DNA from: an uncultured Candidatus Saccharibacteria bacterium
GTDB lineage: Bacteria > Patescibacteriota > Saccharimonadia > Saccharimonadales > CAIOMD01
Length of the DNA stretch: 64,000 nt
Direction of reading: 5' to 3'
Assembly: GCA_963716565.1 (NCBI GenBank)
Contig: OY970318.1
Coordinates: forward strand, 452,284-516,283
Shown: one piece after another, positions 53,571 through 61,445 of the stretch
Position numbering within the stretch: the stretch's first letter is position 1
Layout: every line of letters starts with the position of its first letter
Translations under genes and position numbers: made by a program
Notes under the pieces: model-generated
Databases searched by the model: none
What the model saw: the letters and a program-made list of their open reading frames with translations, nothing else
What the model was told of the DNA's origin: nothing

Positions 53571-53602
53571 GCAGCCCTCTCGTTCACACGAGAGACCCCT
53601 AA

Positions 53603-53632
53603 GGGGCCCCGCGAGGGGCCCCGTTCTTTTTA
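53603..53632 (+). terminator. Strong rho-independent terminator of the GC-rich cassette
   Basis: GGGGCCCC-GCGA-GGGGCCCC is followed by GTTCTTTTTA. A second hairpin CTCTCG-TTCACA-CGAGAG lies at 53577-53594. Confidence 0.75.
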
Positions 53633-53888
53633 TATTCTTCTTTGATTGCAAAGTGTTAATCTTTTTGATAATATAACCCCTGTTGTTCTGGCTGTCCCCA
53701 AATTTTGTAAACCAAGGAGCAAGACAGCTGTTTAGAGAGCTGGAAGGAAGAAGCGACTAAAAATGCGCTTTAACAATTTTTGCAAACCAAGCCAAAGGCT
53801 GTTTGTAAAAATTAAGAGGAGGCGTTACGATAGGCGCCAGCAAGCGAGTTAATCGAGCTTGCGAGAGCCGAAAAGTAAACGCCGACGA

Positions 53889-53965
53889 GGGCTCGTAGTG
53901 TAGTGGCCTACCACGCCTCCCTGTCACGGAGGAGATCGCCGGTTCGAATCCGGTCGAGCCCGCCA
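53889..53965 (+). tRNA. tRNA-Asp (anticodon GUC), CCA encoded
   Basis: GGGCTCGTAGTGTAGTGGCCTACCACGCCTCCCTGTCACGGAGGAGATCGCCGGTTCGAATCCGGTCGAGCCCGCCA. Confidence 0.9.
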
Positions 53966-53966
53966 A

Positions 53967-54008
53967 AGAAAATAACCCAGGCATTTATGTTTGGGTTATT
54001 TTCTTTTG
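53967..54008 (+). terminator. Terminator hairpin directly after tRNA-Asp
   Basis: AGAAAATAACCCA-N11-TGGGTTATTTTCT is followed by TTT. Confidence 0.6.
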
Positions 54009-54095
54009 ATGAGCCTTGCTCATGATTAGAACCGGAGTCGGCGTAGCCGCGGTTCGTAGAGCGATTAGCGGCAATAACGAGCGAAGCGAAGTGCT

Positions 54096-54113
54096 ATCCG
54101 GTCGAGCCCGCCA
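54096..54113 (+). repeat. Perfect 18-nt copy of the tRNA-Asp 3' end (ATCCGGTCGAGCCCGCCA)
   Basis: It is identical to 53948-53965 and lies 148 nt downstream. Confidence 0.9.
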
Positions 54114-54115
54114 TA

Positions 54116-54149
54116 AAAAGTGCGTCACCTTCTGGTGACTTACTTTTTA
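54116..54149. terminator. Bidirectional terminator between the tRNA-Asp region and the convergent ppiC-like gene
   Basis: GTCACC-TTCT-GGTGAC has extended AAGT/ACTT pairing and A-run/T-run flanks. Confidence 0.6.
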
Positions 54150-54151
54150 CC

Positions 54152-55240
54152 CTATAAAACCTTTATAAAAATCTGGGCTGGTTGTTTTTCTTTGTAGTCA
54201 TTCAAATAAGTAGAAATGTCCGGAAAGGCAAAGAATATACGAGCGGCTTCTACGTTTTCGCCCTCGAAGCCTAAGTTTTTAACAATCTCTAGGCCATAGC
54301 CAATATCGATTATCCCCGATACCTGGTTGGGCTGTAAGCCGAATAATGCACCTATAGTTTGCGGCGGAACATCACTATTAGATCGGCTTATGGCAAAGCC
54401 AAAAGTGCCGCCATTGTCTTTTGTAGCTAAATCATCGGAGTACTTTTTGGCTACAGCCGCAAAATCGGCACCAGCGTTTATTTCGGCCAGAGCCTGGTTT
54501 GCTTTATCTTGAGTGGCGGTATCTAGAGCTTTTAGAACTTTGCTAGTTAACAATTCTTGGGTTATGCTACGCCTAAAATCGTTTACCGACCATCCCCAGA
54601 AATCCCTTAGAACATCTTCAAAGACTTGGTCGTCATTGCCTAACTTATTCTGATCACGAAGCAAATTAATCTGGTTATCGATTTCTTCACTAGACACCGT
54701 AATACCCTTTTCGGTGGCTACTTTTTTAACGTAGGCGAAGTCAACTACGTTCTGAATCGACTTTTTCTTCTGTTCGTTAAGTTGGGCTATGCCCTGCTCG
54801 CTAGAAAAATCAACACTCTGTTGGGTTTCGAAATAATGGATGTAATGCCTTAATTCAAATAAATAGTTCTCGTAGCTAATAAAAGTACCGCCAATGCGGG
54901 CAACCGGCAATGGCAAAACCTTGGTGATTTGGTACATGAAAGCCGAGGTGCTTTGCAGCTTATAGAGTTCAACCATAACAAAAGTAGTAAAAGCAATAAA
55001 GGCTGCCACGACCAAAGAAACCGTAACAATCACAATTCTGTGCTTGGAATGGCTTAAGGGGTAAATGTACTTACGAGCACCAGATAAAACTGCTTCACGG
55101 TGTTCAATAACAGTTTCGTTGGTGACCCTTGATGGTTGCTCGTTTTCGGTACTAGCTTCGTTGCCACGACGAGTCTTTGAATCAATCAGCTGTTTGAGGC
55201 GACCGTTCTCTTTTGGTTTAGATAATTTTTTACCAAACAT
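54152..55240 (-). CDS. PpiC/parvulin-type peptidyl-prolyl isomerase with N-terminal membrane anchor (PrsA/SurA-like)
   Basis: A single TM helix is followed by a SurA-N-like helical region and a parvulin block (ADFAAVAKKYSDDLATKDNGGTFGF...GLEIVK). Confidence 0.7.
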   Translation of the reverse strand: MFGKKLSKPKENGRLKQLIDSKTRRGNEASTENEQPSRVTNETVIEHREAVLSGARKYIYPLSHSKHRIVIVTVSLVVAAFIAFTTFVMVELYKLQSTSAFMYQITKVLPLPVARIGGTFISYENYLFELRHYIHYFETQQSVDFSSEQGIAQLNEQKKKSIQNVVDFAYVKKVATEKGITVSSEEIDNQINLLRDQNKLGNDDQVFEDVLRDFWGWSVNDFRRSITQELLTSKVLKALDTATQDKANQALAEINAGADFAAVAKKYSDDLATKDNGGTFGFAISRSNSDVPPQTIGALFGLQPNQVSGIIDIGYGLEIVKNLGFEGENVEAARIFFAFPDISTYLNDYKEKQPAQIFIKVL

Positions 55241-55761
55241 TATTGTTCCTTCTCTACCGGCGCCGGCATGCTAGCGTTGTACCCTAAGTCCCTTAAGATG
55301 TGCGACAAGCGTTTTTGAATCTTTTTGGGATGGTGCACATTATGTATAACTAGCTCGCCAATGTAGGTTTGTATGACAATTGTACCAGACCCCAATATTG
55401 CTTGCGTAAAACCAGACACTTCGTAAGATATAGCTTGAATCTTATCTAGACCAATATCTACAATGCTATGCTTCCATAAGCCTTGGTGGTTAACTTGTAT
55501 AAAACGCTGATCGGTAACTACATAAACACTAAAGTGCCATTTTATCCATCCGTAGAACATAGTTAGCGCTGACAAGGCAAAGCCAACTCCTAAGCCAGTA
55601 AAAAACACTCCGTAGGTTGGTTTTATTAAGCCCGGCACCGTACCCAGCAACAATAATGCCGAGGCAATCAGAATCTCGCGGCGCATTACAAAGGGATGTT
55701 TATTAAATACCAGCAACACTTCTTCGTCATCAAATTGTTCTTTAAAGTATTTCTGTGCCAT
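55240..55761 (-). CDS. Bacterial PH-domain (YdbS/YdbT-like, DUF304) membrane protein
   Basis: Two TM helices are followed by ...YVVTDQRFIQVNHQGLWKHSIVDIGLDKIQ.... Confidence 0.6.
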   Translation of the reverse strand: MAQKYFKEQFDDEEVLLVFNKHPFVMRREILIASALLLLGTVPGLIKPTYGVFFTGLGVGFALSALTMFYGWIKWHFSVYVVTDQRFIQVNHQGLWKHSIVDIGLDKIQAISYEVSGFTQAILGSGTIVIQTYIGELVIHNVHHPKKIQKRLSHILRDLGYNASMPAPVEKEQ

Positions 55762-55838
55762 ATGCTAACGCTTATTATATCGCACTAAATGATTAACAAG
55801 ATGTTCTCTCGTGATAAAATCAAGAGTGCACAGATTGC

Positions 55839-55915
55839 GCTCCGGTAGTTCAGCTGGATAGAACACCACCGTCCTAAGGTGGGTGTCGGGGGTTCGAGTC
55901 CCTCCCGGGGCACCA
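55839..55915 (+). tRNA. tRNA-Arg (anticodon CCU), CCA encoded
   Basis: GCTCCGGTAGTTCAGCTGGATAGAACACCACCGTCCTAAGGTGGGTGTCGGGGGTTCGAGTCCCTCCCGGGGCACCA. Confidence 0.88.
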
Positions 55916-55920
55916 AATTA

Positions 55921-55950
55921 GAAGCCGATTTTTATAGTCGGCTTTTAATT
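55921..55950 (+). terminator. Terminator hairpin directly after tRNA-Arg
   Basis: AAGCCGA-TTTTTATAG-TCGGCTT is followed by TTAATTT. Confidence 0.55.
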
Positions 55951-56072
55951 TGGTATCTTGGAAAGATTCCGAACCCCCGCGGCGGGTTCAGATAATTTGA
56001 GCGTTCAGCGAAAATTATATGACGAGCCCAAGAAAACAATCTTAAATTATAGTTTTCTTGGCGCGAAGCTAT

Positions 56073-56091
56073 AGTCCCTCCCAGAACACCA
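56073..56091 (+). repeat. Degenerate copy of the tRNA-Arg 3' end
   Basis: AGTCCCTCCCAGAACACCA compares with the tRNA AGTCCCTCCCGGGGCACCA (55897-55915), with 16/19 identical. Confidence 0.75.
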
Positions 56092-56093
56092 AA

Positions 56094-56615
56094 CTACTTT
56101 TTCTTTAACCTGTCGGTTTGTTGAGTAAAGTGTTCGTGAGTTAACTTATAGTCAAATAGCTCTTCTTTTTTAAACCAATGAGCAATTTCTTTTTTGGCCT
56201 CTTCTGGGCTACCGGAAGCATGAATAACATTAGGCATCCCGCAAAGTGTGCGTTCGTTAACATGAACATAGCTAAGGTGAGCGTAATCACCGCGAATAGT
56301 GCCTGGCTGAGCTGCTTTTGGTTCGGTCTCACCTACCATCTTGCGTACTGAGTCTACGGCTTCCACGCCCTCAAGAACCGTAGCAATAACTGGGCCCTCA
56401 AGCATAGCATCAGCATTGCGCCTATAAACTTCTTCGCCACGCCTAGAAATAATCTTGCTTATCTCTTCGTAGTGGTAATGATAGTGAGCCTCATCCGGGA
56501 ATATCATCTTCATTCCAAGTATCTTTAAGCCCACTTTTTCGAATCGACTCAAGACTTCGCCAACAATACCCCGCTGTACGGCATCCGGCTTAAATATAAT
56601 TAGGGTTCTTTCCAT
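56094..56615 (-). CDS. ndk: Nucleoside diphosphate kinase
   Basis: MERTLIIFKPDAVQRG is present, with the NVIHASGS active-site His context. Confidence 0.88.
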   Translation of the reverse strand: MERTLIIFKPDAVQRGIVGEVLSRFEKVGLKILGMKMIFPDEAHYHYHYEEISKIISRRGEEVYRRNADAMLEGPVIATVLEGVEAVDSVRKMVGETEPKAAQPGTIRGDYAHLSYVHVNERTLCGMPNVIHASGSPEEAKKEIAHWFKKEELFDYKLTHEHFTQQTDRLKKK

Positions 56616-56651
56616 TTTTTGCTCCTCTATTATTTTGATTATTTTCTTGCC

Positions 56652-57476
56652 TTAAATAATACCAGTAAGTAGCAAGATTATTAAAATTAATGCCAAACCA
56701 ATACGATACCAGCCAAAATCTTTTAGGCCCCGCTTGCTAATTAAGTTAATTAAAAACTTTACAGCCAGTAAGCCAGCAATAAAGGATACCAAGTTGCCCA
56801 CAATCACTGCCCCAAGATTATTTTTTACATAGGCTAAGCCATCGTTGGTCAGCAAAACCTTAAAACTGGCTGCCGAAATTATTGGAATAGCCAATAAAAA
56901 GCTAAATTCAGCGGCCTTTTTGGCACTTAGCCCGCATTTCATACCAGTTAAAATTGTGATGCCAGACCTAGATGTGCCTGGTATTAAGGCAATTGCCTGC
57001 ATAACTCCTACCCTGATCGACGTCATGGACGATATTGATTTGTCCAATTCTTGGTCGTTCGCATGAGCATTCTGCTTACCGACTGTTATAAATGCCATAC
57101 CAACAATCACCAGCATTAATATCACAACCCATATATATTCGTTTAACAACTCTATCTGTTTATCAAGAGTAAGGCCCACCACTGCGGCTGGTATGGTAGC
57201 AATAACTAACAAACCAATTAATTTAAACTGTTTTTGTACTATGGCCGTCTTAATAATTGAATATATTCTTTTACGATAGTACGCAATTAGAGCCAACAAG
57301 GTACCAAAATTTAGCAACACGTCGTACATAAAAGCACTGTTAATGTTAAGAATATTCGAAGCAATAACAAGGTGCCCAGAGCTCGAAACTGGAATAAATT
57401 CCGTTAATCCTTGCACTAAACCCAAAATAATCGATTCCAATAACGACATAAATACTATGTTAGCAAGTAGGCCCAA
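56652..57476 (-). CDS. uppP: Undecaprenyl-diphosphate phosphatase
   Basis: QGLTEFIPVSSSGHL and PGTSRSGITI, the two BacA/UppP signature motifs, are present. Confidence 0.9.
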   Translation of the reverse strand: MGLLANIVFMSLLESIILGLVQGLTEFIPVSSSGHLVIASNILNINSAFMYDVLLNFGTLLALIAYYRKRIYSIIKTAIVQKQFKLIGLLVIATIPAAVVGLTLDKQIELLNEYIWVVILMLVIVGMAFITVGKQNAHANDQELDKSISSMTSIRVGVMQAIALIPGTSRSGITILTGMKCGLSAKKAAEFSFLLAIPIISAASFKVLLTNDGLAYVKNNLGAVIVGNLVSFIAGLLAVKFLINLISKRGLKDFGWYRIGLALILIILLLTGII

Positions 57477-57545
57477 ATATATATAATGAATACATTAGTT
57501 GTTCGAATAATCTGCTAGTAAAACAGAGGTGCATGTCGTACAATA

Positions 57546-58463
57546 ATGGTTATGAAAGTTCAAAAACTTGTAGACGATTATCTAGATTACTTAGCCATAG
57601 AGCAAAATCGCTCTAAAAGAACCATTGCCAACTACCAGCATTATTTAATTCGCCTGCTGGACTATGCCGGGGATATTGATATTAAAGAAATCGACAGCGA
57701 GCTAGTGCGCAAATGGCGGCTGTGGCTACACGAATTAGGTTCGGATAGATCCGATGAATTAAGTAAATCCACCCAAAACTATCATTTGATAGCATTAAGA
57801 AACTTTTTAAAATTTTGCCATAAACGCGATATTGAAGCACTTAGCCCTGATAAGATCGAATTGGCAAACGTTAAACGTAAACAAGTAACCTTTTTAGACT
57901 CAGATGAATTACACGCCCTGCTATCCAAGCCCAGTACCGAAGAGATATCTGGTTTGCGAGATAGAGCCATATTAGAACTGCTCTTTTCTAGCGGTCTAAG
58001 AGTTTCTGAGCTGGTCAACCTAGACAGAGGCCATATTAATCTAGAGCGAAAAGAATTTATGGTTAGGGGCAAGGGCCAAAAAGATAGGCCAGTATTTGTT
58101 AGCGATGATGCCGCTAGCTGGCTTGCCAAGTACGTAAGCAAACGTACCGATAATTTAGCCCCGTTATTTATTAGTTATAGCGGTAAAAGCAAGGCAGCGA
58201 CCTCAGGTAATTATCGCCGACTTACAGCCCGCAGCATTCAGCGCATGATAGCCCGTTATGCCCTGTTAGCCGGCATAACTAAACATGTTAGCCCGCACAC
58301 TATGCGCCATTCATTTGCGACTGATTTACTAATGAACGGCGCCGACATACGCAGCGTACAAGCGATGCTAGGACACAGCAATATAGCCACTACTCAGATA
58401 TACACTCACGTTACAGACCCCCACTTAAAAAGCATCCACGAACGGTTCCACGATAAAAAATAA
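57546..58463 (+). CDS. xerC: Tyrosine recombinase XerC/XerD family
   Basis: The catalytic residues are in context (...GLRVSEL..., HTMRHSFATDLL, LGHSNIATTQIYTHV). The N-terminal SAM-like domain is also present. Confidence 0.85.
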   Translation: MVMKVQKLVDDYLDYLAIEQNRSKRTIANYQHYLIRLLDYAGDIDIKEIDSELVRKWRLWLHELGSDRSDELSKSTQNYHLIALRNFLKFCHKRDIEALSPDKIELANVKRKQVTFLDSDELHALLSKPSTEEISGLRDRAILELLFSSGLRVSELVNLDRGHINLERKEFMVRGKGQKDRPVFVSDDAASWLAKYVSKRTDNLAPLFISYSGKSKAATSGNYRRLTARSIQRMIARYALLAGITKHVSPHTMRHSFATDLLMNGADIRSVQAMLGHSNIATTQIYTHVTDPHLKSIHERFHDKK

Positions 58464-58473
58464 TAACTACTAG

Positions 58474-59562
58474 CTAGAATGTCGGGCAAGGGATAGAAGC
58501 CGAAGCACCTACATCGGTTGGCGCAGCTCCTGGCCAAACTTCAAATTGCTTACATAAATCACCACCGGTTTGAACTGTATCGTCTGGGAAGCCCCAATTG
58601 ATTTCTATTTTTCGCCTTACTTCAAGACGACGGTAAACATCGTTGGCCCTGCCAGTCACGTCAATAACGTATTGGGCACCCGCCAAGTTCTGTTGCAAGC
58701 CACCGCTATAGGCTTCGATAGTGACAGTAGGCGCGCTACTATAGATTGGTTCTACTCTAATATAAAGGGCCCTGTTATTGGCTGGGATCATGCCTGTCAT
58801 TACATTAATATTGCTTATCTCAAGGTCACATTCATCACTGGCACAAGCTACCTCAGCGATAGTTCCGTCCGCACTAGTGCCAACGAGCGAAGTTGCCCCC
58901 CCAGAGCTAACCGGCTTTAAAAAGAAAGTCCTTTGATTAGCAATTAAGTCTGCTCGGCTAAGCATCGCCGACGGATAATAGAACGTTAATCTAATTAAGG
59001 CTTTTCTGTTGGCGCGCCATGCATTTTTGGTGGGTAGTTCCGACCCCGAAGATGTCGCAGTTGTTTGGCCACCACCCCATTTGATTTTTAACTTGTCAAT
59101 GACATTACCATCTACAGACCGCACAGGATAAATATATCCTTGGCCCACCTCGGCGTCTATCTGTATATTGGGCGCCTTACTAGTAACCATGACACAGGTA
59201 TATTCAATATTACTGCTACTATTTAACACGCTCGGGCTACCACCTAAGCCAAAATCTCGGCCAATGTCCGCTTTGTTAGCGTTGATAATGCCCATGAATG
59301 TAGTGCAATCAGAGGTAGCGGTAGTGTCTGTAACTATCCCTTTCTTTATCAACGTGGTAACGTCGTTTATGCCAGTCTCGGCAGCATAAAAAGCCTGAGT
59401 AGATAGCTGATTATCTAGGGCTTGCCGTTGATTGCTATTAGTGGACTTAACAAACGCTGTCGTAATTAAAGTTAGAACCATAGCTAGTAACACAACCGTA
59501 ATGATAGAAACTACACCAGCTTCGTTTGATGTTTTTAATTTTACGCTAAACTGAAATATCAT
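58474..59562 (-). CDS. PilX-like minor pilus component (hydrophobic N-terminal helix, large beta-rich body)
   Basis: The N-terminus ...NEAGVVSIITVVLLAMVLTLITTAF is followed by QAFYAAETGIND, a PilX_N-like pattern. This is the last gene of the pilin operon. Confidence 0.55.
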   Translation of the reverse strand: MIFQFSVKLKTSNEAGVVSIITVVLLAMVLTLITTAFVKSTNSNQRQALDNQLSTQAFYAAETGINDVTTLIKKGIVTDTTATSDCTTFMGIINANKADIGRDFGLGGSPSVLNSSSNIEYTCVMVTSKAPNIQIDAEVGQGYIYPVRSVDGNVIDKLKIKWGGGQTTATSSGSELPTKNAWRANRKALIRLTFYYPSAMLSRADLIANQRTFFLKPVSSGGATSLVGTSADGTIAEVACASDECDLEISNINVMTGMIPANNRALYIRVEPIYSSAPTVTIEAYSGGLQQNLAGAQYVIDVTGRANDVYRRLEVRRKIEINWGFPDDTVQTGGDLCKQFEVWPGAAPTDVGASASIPCPTF

Positions 59563-59573
59563 TGCCTACTCCC

Positions 59574-60212
59574 TTATGGTGCCCTTTTATATACACTTGT
59601 GCCAATCGTTGATAGCGAGCAATATTGAGAACCCTTTACCGTTGCTGTACACCGCCACTTGGAGTAATTATTAGGGTCAGCGGCATCGATTTGAACTAAA
59701 TCTGTTCCAGCTGGAGTATCGTCATCTTTGGGCGCATATAACAGCGAAATTTTTATGTTAAATAATGGCCCATTGCTATTTGGGTACGGCACGATATTGA
59801 ATTCCAAGACCCTTACCCCTGGCCTAAGTAAATGGGTAGGTGGCGAAGCTGGCAGCTGAGTAGGACACGTGTTAGCTGCAACTTCGTAGCTAGTAATAGC
59901 ATGATTAGATCCGCCCTCTATAATGTTTAATTGATAAGCATAAGCCTTATTGCCTATGCATACCATTTTTATATTAGTGCCTGCAATAGCAGCAGATTGA
60001 TACTGGCCAGTGGTAAGCTGCAATTGATTTGATATATCGGTTACTAAATTTCGAACAGCGTCTTGTGTGCGAATAATGGTAAGACTTTTAGTATAAAAAC
60101 GATTAACCTGAATGAATCCATACATGCCAAGAGTAATAACTACCGCAAAAACACCAGTAGCTATCATCAGCTCTACTAGAGTAAAGCCCCGCTGACGCTT
60201 AAGAGCGTTCAT
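59574..60212 (-). CDS. Type IV minor pilin (PilW-like), prepilin N-terminal methylation motif
   Basis: MNALKRQRG/FTLVELMIATGVFAVV is the class III signal peptide with E+5. ATG 60212 overlaps the upstream stop (ATGA). Confidence 0.7.
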   Translation of the reverse strand: MNALKRQRGFTLVELMIATGVFAVVITLGMYGFIQVNRFYTKSLTIIRTQDAVRNLVTDISNQLQLTTGQYQSAAIAGTNIKMVCIGNKAYAYQLNIIEGGSNHAITSYEVAANTCPTQLPASPPTHLLRPGVRVLEFNIVPYPNSNGPLFNIKISLLYAPKDDDTPAGTDLVQIDAADPNNYSKWRCTATVKGSQYCSLSTIGTSVYKRAP

Positions 60213-60667
60213 TGAACAACCCGATATTCCATAATTACGTTTTCTTTTTCTGAACTGCCAGATAGCGAAAACCACTCAACCATAACTTTAAACAGGCTGT
60301 TGTTACTGTTATATGTAAAAGAAATCTCAAAAACACCGTCTTTACAAGAGTCGCCATTTGTAGGGTCATTAAACGGCACTGCTTGGATAGAACCACCTAT
60401 GAAGGATATGCACTGCTTAGAAGTGTCCTTGGCCTGCTTAAATGCGGTGATATCCGTCAAGCCTGAGCTTTCTGATAAATACTTAAGTCTATCAATTTGG
60501 CCTTCGACCAATCTAGTTGCTTGAGTTCGTTCTTGGGCTTGTTGGGCACGTTTAGTGGACTTGTTAGAAATAGCGTAAGCGGTACCAATAGTCATTGCTA
60601 AAATAGTAAGAGCCAGCAGAACTTCAACTATTGTGTCACCGACTTGGTTTAATTTTTTCATTAGCAC
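60209..60667 (-). CDS. Type IV minor pilin-like protein (PilV-like)
   Basis: MKKLNQVG/DTIVEVLLALTILAM has G-1 and E+5. Confidence 0.6.
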   Translation of the reverse strand: MLMKKLNQVGDTIVEVLLALTILAMTIGTAYAISNKSTKRAQQAQERTQATRLVEGQIDRLKYLSESSGLTDITAFKQAKDTSKQCISFIGGSIQAVPFNDPTNGDSCKDGVFEISFTYNSNNSLFKVMVEWFSLSGSSEKENVIMEYRVVQ

Positions 60668-61374
60668 CCCGCTCCATTATAATCGACTTTAATATCTTTT
60701 TGCGTGATAATTATTGAGCCCGTTTTATCTTCTCCTAGGCTAAAACAATACACCGGCTGGCTGGCCTCGGTAACCGCAGCCCAGGACGAAGGAGGGTTGC
60801 CATATTGATATTTTCGCTGGGCTCTTAAGTCGCCCTGAACATCAATATTATTGTCACGGTCCCGCTGAGCACTTACTCTTAAGTCGGCGACCCCCGGGCT
60901 AGGGGTGCAATTGGAGGGCTCCCCGTTGACGTCTTGGTTGCAAATGCGACTTACCTTCCAAGACACGCCATTGCTGATTGTGTAAGTTTCATTTAGTTCG
61001 AGCGGTTCCGATTCTTTCGTTCCAGTCCTGGCGCCAATTCGCGTAGTAATTAACATCTGCTGGTTGCTGAAACTAACAGTTTTACCTATGTAAACACAGT
61101 CTGCGCTATTGCCACCACCAGCTCCAGCATCCAATATAGGATAGCCCGTGCCACTTAAAGAACAAGTGTATTGGCCGGCATTACCGAAGTAGCCATTGTC
61201 TACATTGTTAAAAACTTCACGTATTTTTTGTTCTATGCCGTCTAGGGCTTGCCTAAAACCAACGTTGTCTTGTTGACCCCTTAGGCCCCAAAAAGCAATC
61301 GTAAACATTGCCCCGCTTATGGCCAAAAAAATCAGCACTTCTGTAATAGTAAAACCTCCGGCGACCCTTTTCAT
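60661..61374 (-). CDS. Type IV pilin-like protein
   Basis: MKRVAGG/FTITEVLIFLAISG. I prefer ATG 61374 over the track start at 61431. Confidence 0.65.
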   Translation of the reverse strand: MKRVAGGFTITEVLIFLAISGAMFTIAFWGLRGQQDNVGFRQALDGIEQKIREVFNNVDNGYFGNAGQYTCSLSGTGYPILDAGAGGGNSADCVYIGKTVSFSNQQMLITTRIGARTGTKESEPLELNETYTISNGVSWKVSRICNQDVNGEPSNCTPSPGVADLRVSAQRDRDNNIDVQGDLRAQRKYQYGNPPSSWAAVTEASQPVYCFSLGEDKTGSIIITQKDIKVDYNGAGC

Positions 61375-61445
61375 AAGATTGATTATAGCATAAGAAGTAT
61401 GCGCTAACAGCGACGACTTAAAAGGTCGCAACCAAAAAGTTGCCC

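Noticed and set aside
52555-53651. Minus-strand and alternative-frame ORFs within the GC-rich cassette (52555-52854, 52817-53053, 52919-53128, 53080-53364, 53415-53651).
   Set aside because: High GC lowers stop-codon frequency, so overlapping ORFs are expected. Only the 52692-53570 frame spans the whole block and has an SD and start in the right place.
57546-58463. XerC-like recombinase as the integrase of an island linked to the tRNA 3'-end repeats.
   Set aside because: It is 1.5-3.5 kb away from the repeats and separated from them by housekeeping genes (ndk, uppP). It has the typical XerC/XerD length and motifs, and no phage or plasmid genes accompany it.
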